Source: the human T2T-CHM13v2.0 reference genome, Homo sapiens. From it: a stretch of 64,000 nt of DNA. Shown in pieces: positions 12,501-26,100 of this stretch (position 1 is the stretch's first letter; every line of letters starts with the position of its first letter). The notes under the pieces are model-generated. The model did no database searches, had not been told where the DNA came from, and was given only the letters and a program-made list of their open reading frames with translations. The position numbers and the translations under genes are program-made. Where the stretch lies: assembly GCF_009914755.1 (NCBI RefSeq), contig NC_060933.1; one strand, 5' to 3'.

Positions 12501-14912
12501 TACCATTCCATTCCATTCCATTCCGTTCCATTCCGTTCCATTCCATTCCATTCCATTCTATTCGGGTTAATTCCATTCCATTCCATTCCATTCCATTCTA
12601 TTCCATTCCATTGCAATCGAGTTGAATCCATTGCCTTTCATTCCCTTCCATTCCATTCCATTCCATTCCGGAAGATTCCATTCCATTGCATTCCATTCCA
12701 TTCCATTCCCCTGCACTCGCGTTGATTCCATTCCATTCCATTCCATTCCATTCGATCCATTCCGTTCCGTTCCGTTCCATTCCATTCCATTCCATTCCAT
12801 TCCATGCCGTTCCGTTCCATTCCATTCCATTCCATTCCATTCTATTCTGGTTAATTCCATTCCATTCCATTCGATTGCAATCGAGTTGAGTTCCATTCCA
12901 TTCCATTCCATTCCATTCCATTCCATTGCTTTCCATTCCATTACGGATGATTCCATTCCATTGCATTCCATTCCATTCCATTCCCCTGTACTCGGGTTGA
13001 TTCCATTCCATTCCATTCCAATCCATACCATTCCACTCGTGTTGATTCCATTCTTTCCATTCCATTCAAGTTGAATCCATTCCATTGCATTCCATTCCAT
13101 TCGATTCCATTCGATTGCACTCGGGTTGATTCCATTCCATTGCATTCCATTCCATTCCATTCCATTCCATTCCATTCCATTCCATTCCGTTCCATTCCAT
13201 TTCATTCCATTCCATTCCATTCCATTCCATTCCATTCCATTTCATTCCGTTCCATTGCATTCAATTACATTCGGATTGATTCTATTCAATTCCCTTACAC
13301 TCCATTACATTCCATTCCATTCGGGTAGTTTCCATTCCATTCCATTCCATTCCTGTCCATTCCATTGCACTCGGGTTGATTCCATTCCATTGCAATCCAT
13401 TCCATTCCATTCAATTCCATTCCGTTCCATTCCATTCCATTACATTCGGATTGATTCTATTCAACTCCCTTACTCTCCATTACATTCCATTCCATTCGGG
13501 TTGTTCCATTCCATTCCATTCCATTCCACTCTATTCCATTGCACTCGGGTTTATTCCATTCCATTCCATTCCATTCCATTCCATTCCATTCCGGAAGATT
13601 CCATTCCATTGCATTCCATTCCATTCCATTCCCCTGCACTCGCGTTGATTCCATTCCATTCCATTCCATTCCATTCCATTCCATTCCATTCCATTCCTTT
13701 CCGTTCCATTCCATTCCATTCCATTCCATTCCAATCCATTCCATTCCGTTCTGTTCCGTTCCATTCCATTCCATTCCATTCTATTCGGGTTAATTCCATT
13801 CCATTCCATTCGATTGCAATCGAGTTGATTCCATTCCATTCCATTCCATTCCATTCCTTTCCATTCCATTACGGATGATTCCATTCCATTGCATTCCATT
13901 CCATTCCATTCCCCTGTACTCGTGTTGATTCCATTCCATTCCATTCCAATCCATGCAACTCCACTCGTGTTGATTCCATTCTTTCCATTCCATTCAAGTT
14001 GAATCCATTCCATTGCATTCCATTCCATTCCATTCCCCTGCAGTCGGGTTGTTTCCATTGCATTCCATTCCATTCCATTCCATTCCGTTCCGTTCCATTC
14101 CATTCCATTCCATTCTATTCGGATTAATTCCATTCCATTCCATTCCATTCCATTCCATTCCATTCCATTCCAATCGAGTTGATTCCATTCCATTCCATTC
14201 CATTCCATTCCACTCCATTCCAGTCCTTTCCATTCCATTCCACTCGGGTTGATTCCAATGTATTCCTTTCCATTCCATTCCATTCCATTGCAATCGAGTT
14301 GATTCCATTGCTTTGCATTCCATTCCATTCCATTCCATTCCGGATGATTCCATTCCATTGCATTCCATTCCATTCCATTCCCCTGCACTCGGGTTGATTC
14401 CATTCGATTCCACTCCATTCCGTTCCATTCCATTCCATTGCATTGTATTCGGGTTAATTCCATTCCATTCCATTCCATTCCATTCCATTCCATTCCATTC
14501 CATTCCATTCCATTCCATTTCAATCGAGTTGATTCCATTCCATTCCATTCCATTCCAGTCCTTTCCATTCCATTCCTCTCGGGTTGATTCCATTCTATTA
14601 GTTTCCATTCCATTCCATTCCCTTCCATTCCACTCAGGTTTTTTCCATTCCTTTCCATTCCACTCGAATACGTTCCCTCCTATTCCACTCAGAACGATTC
14701 CATTCCATTCCATTCCATTCCATTCCATTCCATTCCATTCCATTCCATTTCGTTCCATTCCATTCTATTCCGTATCATTCCATTCCATTCCATTCCATTC
14801 CATTCCATTCCATTCCATTGTACTCGGGTTGATTCAATTCCTTTGCATTCCATTCCATTCCATTCCATTCCATTCCGTTGCATTCCATTCCATTACATTC
14901 GGATTGATTCTA
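9552..14912. repeat. Two tandem diverged copies of a ~2.7-kb unit (9552-12211, 12212-14912)
   Basis: Anchors at 9552, 12212 and 14913 give periods of 2660 and 2701. Landmarks appear in the same order: ACAATTC, CGTACC, GGAAGA, CAAGTTGAATCC, GTAGTTT, CTGCAGTC, TTGCTTTGC, TTAGTTT, GAATAC. Confidence 0.85.
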
Positions 14913-17900
14913 TTCAACTCCCTTACTCTCCATTACATTCCATTCCATTCGGGTTGTTCCATTCCATTCCATTCCATTCCACTCCATTCCATTGCACTCG
15001 GGTTGATTCCATTCCATTCCATTCCATTCCATTCCATTCCATTCCATTCCATTCCGGATGATTCCATTCCATTGCATTCCGTTCCATTACATTCCCCTGC
15101 ACTCGCGTTGATTCCATTCCATTCCATTCCATTCCATTCAATTCCATTCCATTACAATTCGTTCCATTCCATTCTATTCCGTACCATTCCATTCCATTCC
15201 ATACCATTCCATTCCATTCCATTCTATTCCATTCCATTTCTGATGATTCCATTCCATTGCATTCCATTCCATTCCATTCCCCTGCACTCAGGTTGATTCC
15301 ATTCCATTCTATTCCATTACATTCCGTTCCATTCCATTCCAATCCATTCCATTCCATTCTATTCGGGTTAATTCATTCCATTCCATTCCATTCCATTCTA
15401 TTTCATTCCATTGCAATCGAGTTGAATCCATTCCATTCCGTTCCATTCCGTTCCATTCCATTCCATTCCATTCTATTCATGTTAATTCCATTCCGTTCTA
15501 TTCCATTCCATTCCATTGGAATCGAGTTGATTCCTTTCCATTCCATTCCATTCCATTCCATTCCATTCCATTCCATTCCATTCCGGATGATTCCATTCCA
15601 TTGCATTCCATTCCATTCCATTGCATTCCATTCCGGATGATTCCATTCCATTGCATTCCATTCCATTCCATTCCCCTGCACTCGTGTTGATTCCATTCCA
15701 TTCCATTCCATTACCTTCCTTTCCATTCCATTCCATTCCATTCTATTCGGGTTAATTCCATTCCATCCCATTCCATTCCAATCCATTCCATTCCATTGCA
15801 ATCGAGTTGAATCCATTCCATTCCAATCCATTCCATTCCATTGCGGAAGATTCCATTCCATTGCATTCCATTCCATTCCATTCCCCTGCACTCGCGCTGA
15901 TTCCATTCCATTCCATTCCATTCCATTTCATTCCGTTCCTTTCCGTTCCATTCCATTCCATTCCATTCTATTCCATTCCGTTCCGTTCCATTCCATTCCA
16001 TTCCATTCCATTCTATTCGGGTTAATTCCATTCCATTCCATTCTATTGCAATCGAGTTGATTCCATTCCTTTCCATTCCATTCTTTTCCATTCCATTCCA
16101 TTCCATTCCATTCCTTTCCATTCCTTTACGGATGATTCCATTCCATTGCATTCCATTCCATTCTATTCCCCTGTACTCGGGTTGATTCCATTCCATTCCA
16201 TTCCAATCTATTTGGGTTAATTCCCTTCCATTCTATTCCATTCCATTCCATTCCATTCCATTGCAATCGAGTTGATTCCATTCCATTCCATTCAGTTCCA
16301 TTCCATTCCATTTCGTTCCAATCCATTCGGTTCTGTACCATTCCATTTCATTCCTTTCCATTCCATTCCATGCCATTCCACTCGGGTTGATTCCATTCCT
16401 TTCCATTACATTGGTGTTGAATCCATTCCATTCCTTTCCATTCCTTTCGATTCCATTCCATTACACTCGGGTTGATTCCATTCCGTTCCATTCCATTCAA
16501 TTCCATTCCTTTCCATTCCATTCCCTTGCATTCGGATTGATTCCATTCAATTCCCTTACACTCCATTATATTCCATTCCATTCGGGTTTTTTACATTCCA
16601 TTCCATTCCATTCCACTCCATTCCATTGCAATCGGGTTGATTCCATTCCATTCCATTCCATTCCATTCCATTCCATTGCGGATGATTCCATTCCATTGCA
16701 TTCCTTTCCATTACATTCCACTGCACTCGGGTTGATTCCATTCCATTGCATTCCATTCCATTCCATTCCATTCCATTCCAATTCGTTCCATTCCATTCTA
16801 TTCCGCACCATTCCATTCCATTCCATTCCATTCCATTCCATTCCGTTCCGTTGCGTTCCATTCCATTCCATTCCATTCTATTCGGGTTAATTCCATTCCA
16901 TTCCATTCCATTCCATTCCATTCCATTCCATTCTATTCCATTCCATTGCAATCGAGTTGAATCCATTCCATTCCTTTCCATTCCTTTCGATTCCATTCCA
17001 TTATACTCGGGTTGATTCCATTCCATTCCATTCCATTCCATTCCATTCCATTCCATTCCATTCCATTCCTTTCCATTCCATTCCATTACATTCGGATTGA
17101 TTCCATTCAATTCCCTTACACTCCATTATATTCCATTCCATTCGGGTTGTTTACATTCCATTCCATTCCATTCCACTCCATTCCATTGCACTCGGGTTGA
17201 TTCCATTCCATTCCATTCCATTCCATTCCGGATGATTCCATTCCATTGCATTCCGTTCCATTACATTCCCCTGCACTCGGGTTGATTCCATTCCATTCCA
17301 TTCGATTCCATTCCATTCCAATTCGTTCCATTCCATTCTATTCCGTACCATTCCATTCCATTCCATACCATTCCATTCCATTCCATTGCATTCCAATCCA
17401 TTCCGTTCCGTTCCATTCCGTTCCGTTCCATTCCATTCCATTCCATTCTATTCGGGTTGATTCCATTCCTTTCCATTCCATTCCATTCCATTCTATTCCA
17501 TTCCATTGGAATCGAGTTGAATGCATTGCATTCCATTCCATTCCATTCCATCCCATTCCATTCCATTCCATTCCGGAACATACCATTCCATTGCATTCCA
17601 TTCCATTCCATTCCACTGCACTCGCGTTGATTCCATTCCAGTCCATTCCATTCCATTCCATTCCTTTCCATTCCATTCCGTTCCGTTCCATTCCATTCCA
17701 TTCCATTCCGTTCCGTTCCATTCCATTCCATTCCATTCTATTCGGGTTAATTCCATTCCATTCCATTCGATTGCAATCTAGTTGATTCCATTCGATTCCA
17801 TTCCATTCCATTCCATTCCATTCCTTTCCATTTCATTACAGAAAATTCCATTCCATTGCATTCCATTCCATTCCATTCCATTCCCCTGTAATCGGGTTGA

Positions 17901-18366
17901 TTCCATTCCATTCCATTCCAATTCATGCCATTCCACTCGTGTTGTTTCCATTCTTTCCATTCCATTCAAGTTGAATCCATTCCATTGCATTCCATTCCAT
18001 TCGATTCCATTCGATGGCACTCGGGTTGATTCCATTCCATTGCATTCCGTACCATTCCATTCCATTCCATACCATTCGATTCCATTCCATTCCATTCCAT
18101 TCCTTTCCATTCCTTTCCATTCCGTTCCATTCCATTCCATTCCAATCTATTAGGGTTAATTCCATTCCATTCCATTCCATTCCATTACATTCCATTCTAT
18201 TCCATTCCATTGCAATCGAGTTGAATCCACTGCATTCCATTCCATTCCATTCCATTCCATTCCATTCCATTCCATTCCGGAAGATTCCTTTCCATTGCAT
18301 TCCATTCCATTCCATTCCCCTTCACTCGCGTTGATTCCATTCCATTCCATTCCATTCCATTCCATT

Positions 18367-18401
18367 CCGTTCCGTTCCGTTCCGTTCCGTTCCGTTCCGT
18401 T
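18367..18401. repeat. (CCGTT)7 variant-pentamer run
   Basis: Seven consecutive CCGTT units read directly. Confidence 0.9.
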
Positions 18402-21400
18402 CCATTCCGTTCCATTCCATTCCATTCCATTCTATTCGGGTTAATTCCATTCCATTCCATTCCATTCCATTCTATTCCATTACATTGCAATCGAGTTGAA
18501 TCCATTGCATTTCATTCCATTCCATTCCATTCCGGAAGATTCCATTCCATTGCATTCCATTCCATTCCATTCCCCTGCACTCGCGTTGATTCCATTCCAT
18601 TCCATTCCATTCCGTTCCGTTCCGTTCCATTCCATTCCATTCCATTCCATTCCATTCCGTTCCGTTCCATAACATTCCATTCCATTCTATTCGGGTTAAT
18701 TCCATTCCATTCCATTCGATTGCAATCGAGTTGATTCCATTCCATTCCATTCCATTCCATTCCATTCCTTTCCATTCCATTACGGATGATTCCATTCCAT
18801 TGCATTCCATTCCATTCCATTCCCCTGTACTCGGGTTGATTCCATTCCATTCCATTCCAATCCATGCCATTCCACTCGTGTTGATTCCATTCTTTCCATT
18901 CCATTCAAGTTGAATCCATTCCATTGCATTCCATTCCATTCGATTCCATTCGATTGCACTCGAGTTGATTCCTTTCCATTGCATTCCATTGCATTCCATT
19001 CCATTCCATTCCATTCCATTTCTCTACATTCAGATTGATTCTATTAAATTCCCTTACACTCCATTATATTCCAATCCATTCTGGTTGTTTCCATTCCATT
19101 CCATTCCATTTCACTCCATTCCATTGCACTCGGGTTGATTCCATTCCTTTCCATTCCATTGCACTCCATTCCATTCTTTTCCGGATGATTCCATTCCATT
19201 GCATTCCATTCCATTCTATTCGCTGCACTCGGGTTGATTCCATTCCATTCCATTCCATTCCATTCCAATTCTTTCCATTCCATTCCATTCTATACCATTC
19301 CATTCCATTCCATACAATTCCATTCCATTCCATTCCATTCCATTCCATTCCATTCCGTTCCGTTCACTTCCGTTCCATACCATTCCATTCCATTCTATTC
19401 GGGTTAATTCCATTCCATTCCATTCCATTCCATTCAATTCCATTCTATTCCATTCCATTGCAATCGAGTTGAATCCATTGCATTCCATTCCATTCCATTC
19501 CATTCCAGAAGATTCCATTCCATTGCATTCCATTCCATTCCATTCCCCTGCCCTCGCGTTGATTCCATTCCATTCCATTCCATTCCGTTCCGTTCCGTTC
19601 CATTCCATTCCATTCCATTCCATTCCGTTCCGTTCCGTTACGTTCCATTCCATTCCATTCTATTCGGGTTAATTCCATTCCATTCCTTCGGTTGCAATCG
19701 AGTTGATTCCATTCCATTCCATTCCATTACATTCCGTTCCATTCCATTCCATTACATTCTATTCGGGTTAATTCCATTCCATTCCATTCCACTCCATTCC
19801 AGTCCTTTCCATTCCATTCCACTCGGGTTGATTCCATTCTATTCCTTTCCATTCCATTCCATTCCATTGCAATCGAGTTGATTCCATTCGAGTTGAATCC
19901 ATTCCATTCCATTCCATTCCATTTCATTGCACACGGGTTCATTGCAATCCATTCCATTCCATTCCATTCCATTCCATTCCATTCCATTCCATTCCATTTC
20001 GTTCCAATCCCTTCTATTCCGAACCATTCCATTCCATTCCATTCCTTTCCATTCCATTCCATTCCGTGCCATTCCATTCTGGTTGATTCCATTCCTTTCC
20101 ATTCCATTCGGGTTGAATACATTCCATTCCATTGCACTGCATTCGAATCCATTCCATTGCACTCGGGTTGATTCCATTCCATTCCATTCCATTCCATTCG
20201 GTTCCATTCCATTTCATTACTTTCAGATTGATTCTATTCAATTCCCTTACACTCCATTATATTGCAGTCCATTCTGGTTGTTTCCATTCCATTCCATTCC
20301 ATTTCACTGCATTGCATTGCACTCGGGTTCATTCCATTCCATTCCATTCCATTCCATTCCGGATGATTCCATTCCATTGCATTCCATTCCATTCCATAAG
20401 CCTGCACTCGGGTTGATTCCATTCCTTTCCATTCCATTCCATTCCATTCCATATCGTTCAATTCCATTCCATATCGTTCCATTCCATTCTATTCCGTACC
20501 ATTCCATTCCATTCCATTCCATTCCATTCCATGCCATTCCGCTCGGGTTGATTCCATTCCTTTCCACTCCATTCGAATTGAATCCATTCCATTCCATTCC
20601 ATTCCATTCCATTCCATTCCGTATGATTCCATTCCATTGTATTCCATTCCATTCCATTCCGCTGCACTCGGGTTGATTCCATTCCATTCCATTCCATTCC
20701 ATTCCATTGCATTCCATTCCGTTCCATTCCATTCCATTCCATTCTATTCGGGTTAATTCCATTCCATTCCATTCGATTCCATTCCATTCCATTCCATTCC
20801 ATTGCAAACGAGTTGATCCCATTCCATTCCATTCCATTCCGTTCCGGATGATTCCATTCAATTACATTCCATTCCATTCCATTCAATTCCATTCCATTAC
20901 AATTCCTTCCATTCCATTCTATTCCGTACCATTCCATTCCATTCCATACCATTCCATTCCATTCCATTCCGTTCCATTCCGTTCCATTCCATTCCATTCC
21001 ATTCTATTCGGATTAATTCCATTCCATTCCATTCCATTCCATTCTATTCCATTCCATTGCAATCGAGTTGAAACCATTGCATTTCATTCCATTCCATTCC
21101 ATTCCATTCCATTCCGGAAGATTCCATTCCATTGCATTCCATTGCATTCCATTCCCGTGTACTCGCGTTGATTCCATTCCATTCCATTCCATTCCATTCT
21201 ATTCCATTCCGTTCCGTTCCATTCCATTCCATTCCATTCCATTCCGTTCCGTTCCATTCCATTCCATTCCATTCTCTTCGGGTTAATTCCATTCCATTCC
21301 ATTCGATTGCAATCGAGTTGATTCCATTCCATTCCATTCCATTCCATTCCATTCCTTTCCATTCCATTACGGATGATTCCATTCCATTGCATTCCATTCC

Positions 21401-24400
21401 ATTCCATTCCCCTGCACTCGCGTTGATTCCATTCCATTCCATTCCATTCCATTCTATTCCATTCCGTTCTGTTCCATTCCAATCCATTCCATTCCATTCC
21501 ATTCCGTTCCGTTCCATTCCATTCCATTCCATTCTATTCGGGTTAATTCCATTACATTCCATTCGATTCCATTCCATTCCATTCCATTCCATTCCATTAC
21601 GGATGATTCCATTCCATTGCATTCCATTCCATTCCATTCCCCTGTACTCGGGTTGATTCCATTCCATTCCATTCCAATCCATGCCATTCCACTCGTGTTG
21701 ATTCCATTCTTTACATTCTATTCAACTTGAATCCATTCCATTGCATTCCATTCCATTCCATTCCCCTGCTGTTGGGTTGATTCCATTCCATTCCATTCCA
21801 TTCCATTCCATTCCATTCCATTCCGTTCCGTTCCATTCCACTCCATTCCATTCTATTCGGGTTAATTCCATTCCATTCCATTCCATTCCATTCCATTCCA
21901 ATCGAGTTGATTCCATTCCATTCCATTCCATTCCATTGCACTCCATTCCAGTCCTTTCCATTCCATTCCACTCGGGTTGATTCCAATGTATTCCTTTCCA
22001 TTCCATTCCATTCCATTGCAATCGAGTTGATTCCATTGCTTTGCATTCCATTCCATTCCATTCCATTCTGGATGATTCCATTCCATTGCATTCCATTCCA
22101 TTCCATTCTCCTGCACTCGGGTTGATTCCATTCCATTCCACTCCATTCCGTTCCATTCCCTTCCATTCCATTGTATTCTGGTTAATTCCATTCCATTCCA
22201 TTCCATTCCATTCCATTCCATTCCATTTCGTTCCAATCCCTTCTATTCCGAACCATTCCATTCCATTCCATTCCTTTCCATTCCATTCCATTCCGTGCCA
22301 TTCCATTCTGGTTGATTCCATTCCTTTCCATTCCATTCGGGTTGAATACATTCCATTCCATTGCACTGCATTCGAATCCATTCCATTGCACTCGGGTTGA
22401 TTCCATTCCATTCCATTCCATTCCATTCGGTTCCATTCCATTTCATTACTTTCAGATTGATTCTATTCAATTCCCTTACACTCCATTATATTGCAGTCCA
22501 TTCTGGTTGTTTCCATTCCATTCCATTCCATTTCACTGCATTGCATTGCACTCGGGTTCATTCCATTCCATTCCATTCCATTCCATTCCATTCCGGATGA
22601 TTCCATTCCATTGCATTCCATTCCATTCCATAAGCCTGCACTCGGGTTGATTCCATTCCTTTCCATTCCATTCCATTCCATTCCATATCGTTCAATTCCA
22701 TTCCATATCGTTCCATTCCATTCTATTCCGTACCATTCCATTCCATTCCATTCCATTCCATTCCATGCCATTCCGCTCGGGTTGATTCCATTCCTTTCCA
22801 CTCCATTCGAATTGAATCCATTCCATTCCATTCCATTCCATTCCATTCCATTCCGTATGATTCCATTCCATTGTATTCCATTCCATTCCATTCCGCTGCA
22901 CTCGGGTTGATTCCATTCCATTCCATTCCATTCCATTCCATTGCATTCCATTCCGTTCCATTCCATTCCATTCCATTCTATTCGGGTTAATTCCATTCCA
23001 TTCCATTCGATTCCATTCCATTCCATTCCATTCCATTGCAATCGAGTTGATCCCATTCCATTCCATTCCATTCCGTTCCGGATGATTCCATTCAATTACA
23101 TTCCATTCCATTCCATTCCCCTGCAGTCGGGTAGATTCCATTCCATTCCATTCCATTCCATTCCATTCCATTCCGTTCCGTTCCATTCCATTCCATTCCA
23201 TTCTATTCGGGTTAATTCTTTTCCATTCCATTCCATTCCATTCCATTCCAATCGAGTTGATTCCATTCCATTCCATTCCATTCCATTCCACTCCATTCCA
23301 GTCCTTTCCATTACATTCCAGTCGGGTTGATTCCAATGTATTCCTTTCCATTCCATTCCATTCCATTGCAATCGAGTTGATTCCATTGCTTTGCATTCCA
23401 TTCCATTCCATTCCATTCCATTCCGGATGATTCCATTCCATTGCATTCCATTCCATTCCCTTGCACTCGTGTTGATTCCATTCCATTCCACTCCACTCCA
23501 TTCCATTCCATTCCATTCCATTCCATTCCATTACAATCGAGTTGATTCCATTCCATTCCATTCCATTCCAGTGCTTTCCATTCCATTCCACTCGGGTTGA
23601 TTCCATTCTATTAGTTTCCATTCCATTCCATTCCCTTCCATTCCACTCTGGTTGATTCCATTCCTTTCCATTCCACTCGAATACATTCCCTCCTATTCCA
23701 CTCGGATCGATTCCATTCCATTCCATTCCATTCCATTCCATTCCATTCCATTCCATTCCATTTCGTTCCATTCCATTCTATTCCGTATCATTCCATTTCA
23801 TTCCATTCCATTCCATTCCATTCCATTCCATTCCATTCCATTCCATTCCGTTGTAGTCGGGTTGATTCCCTTCCATTGCATTCCATTCCATTCCATTCCA
23901 TTCCATTACGTTGCATTCCATTCCATTACATTCGGATTGATTCTATTCAACTCCCTTACTCTCCATTACATTCCATTCCATTCGGGTTGTTCCATTCCAT
24001 TCCATTCCATTCCACTCCATTCCATTGCACTCGGGTTTATTCCATTCCATTCCATTCCATTCCATTCCATTCCGGATGATTCCATTGCATTGCATTCCGT
24101 TCCATTACATTCCCCTGCACTCGCGTTGATTCCATTCCATTCCATTCCATTCCATTCAATTCCATTCCATTACAATTCCTTCCATTCCATTCTATTCCGT
24201 ACCATTCCATTCCATTCCATACCATTCCATTCCATTCCATTCCGTTCCATTCCGTTCCATTCCATTCCATTCCATTCTATTCGGATTAATTCCATTCCAT
24301 TCCATTCCATTCCATTCTATTCCATTCCATTGCAATCGAGTTGAAACCATTGCATTTCATTCCATTCCATTCCATTCCATTCCATTCCGGAAGATTCCAT

Positions 24401-26060
24401 TCCATTGCATTCCATTGCATTCCATTCCCGTGTACTCGCGTTGATTCCATTCCATTCCATTCCATTCCATTCTATTCCATTCCGTTCCGTTCCATTCCAT
24501 TCCATTCCATTCCATTCCATTCCGTTCCGTTCCATTCCATTCCATTCCATTCTCTTCGGGTTAATTCCATTCCATTCCATTCGATTGCAATCGAGTTGAT
24601 TCCATTCCATTCCATTCCATTCCATTCCATTCCTTTCCATTCCATTACGGATGATTCCATTCCATTGCATTCCATTCCATTCCATTCCCCTGCACTCGCG
24701 TTGATTCCATTCCATTCCATTCCATTCCATTCTATTCCATTCCGTTCTGTTCCATTCCAATCCATTCCATTCCATTCCATTCCGTTCCGTTCCATTCCAT
24801 TCCATTCCATTCTATTCGGGTTAATTCCATTACATTCCATTCGATTCCATTCCATTCCATTCCATTCCATTCCATTACGGATGATTCCATTCCATTGCAT
24901 TCCATTCCATTCCATTCCCCTGTACTCGGGTTGATTCCATTCCATTCCATTCCAATCCATGCCATTCCACTCGTGTTGATTCCATTCTTTTCATTCTATT
25001 CAAGTTGAATCCATTCCATTGCATTCCATTCCATTCCATTCCCCTGCTGTTGGGTTGATTCCATTCCATTCCATTCCATTCCATTCCATTCCATTCCATT
25101 CCATTCCGTTCCGTTCCATTCCACTCCATTCCATTCTATTCGGGTTAATTCCATTCCATTCCATTCCATTCCATTCCATTCCATTCCAATCGAGTTGATT
25201 CCATTCCATTCCATTCCATTCCATTGCACTCCATTCCAGTCCTTTCCATTCCATTCCACTCGGGTTGATTCCAATGTATTCCTTTCCATTCCATTCCATT
25301 CCATTGCAATCGAGTTGATTCCATTGCTTTGCATTCCATTCCATTCCATTCCATTCTGGATGATTCCATTCCATTGCATTCCATTCCATTCCATTCTCCT
25401 GCACTCGGGTTGATTCCATTCCATTCCACTCCATTCCGTTCCATTCCCTTCCATTCCATTGTATTCTGGTTAATTCCATTCCATTCCATTCCATTCCATT
25501 CCATTCCATTCCATTACAATCGAGTTGATTCCATTCCATTCCATTCCATTCCATTCCATTCAATTCCATTCCATTCCACTCCATTCCATTGTACTCGGGT
25601 TGATTCCATTCCATTCCATTCCATTCCATTCCATTCCGGATGATTCCATTCCATTGCATTCCGTTCTATTACATTCCCCTGCACTCGCGTTGATTCCATT
25701 CCATTCCATTCCATTCCATTCCATTCCATTCCAATTCGTTCCATTCCATTCTATTCCGTACCATTCCATTCCATTCCATACCATTCCATTCCATTCCATT
25801 CCATTCCATTCCTTTCCATTCCGTTCCATTCCGTTCCATTCCATTCCATTCCAATCTATTAGGGTTAATTCCATTCCATTCCATTCCATTCCATTCTATT
25901 CCATTCCATTGCAATCGAGTTGAATCCACTGCATTCCATTCCATTCCATTCCATTCCATTCCATTCCATTCCGGAAGATTCCATTCCATTGCATTCCATT
26001 CCATTCCATTCCCCTGCACTCGCGTTGATTCCATTCCATTCCATTCCATTCCATTCCATT

Positions 26061-26100
26061 CCGTTCCGTTCCGTTCCGTTCCGTTCCGTTCCGTTCCGTT
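26061..26100. repeat. (CCGTT)8 variant-pentamer run
   Basis: Eight consecutive CCGTT units, at the paralogous position to 18367. Confidence 0.9.
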
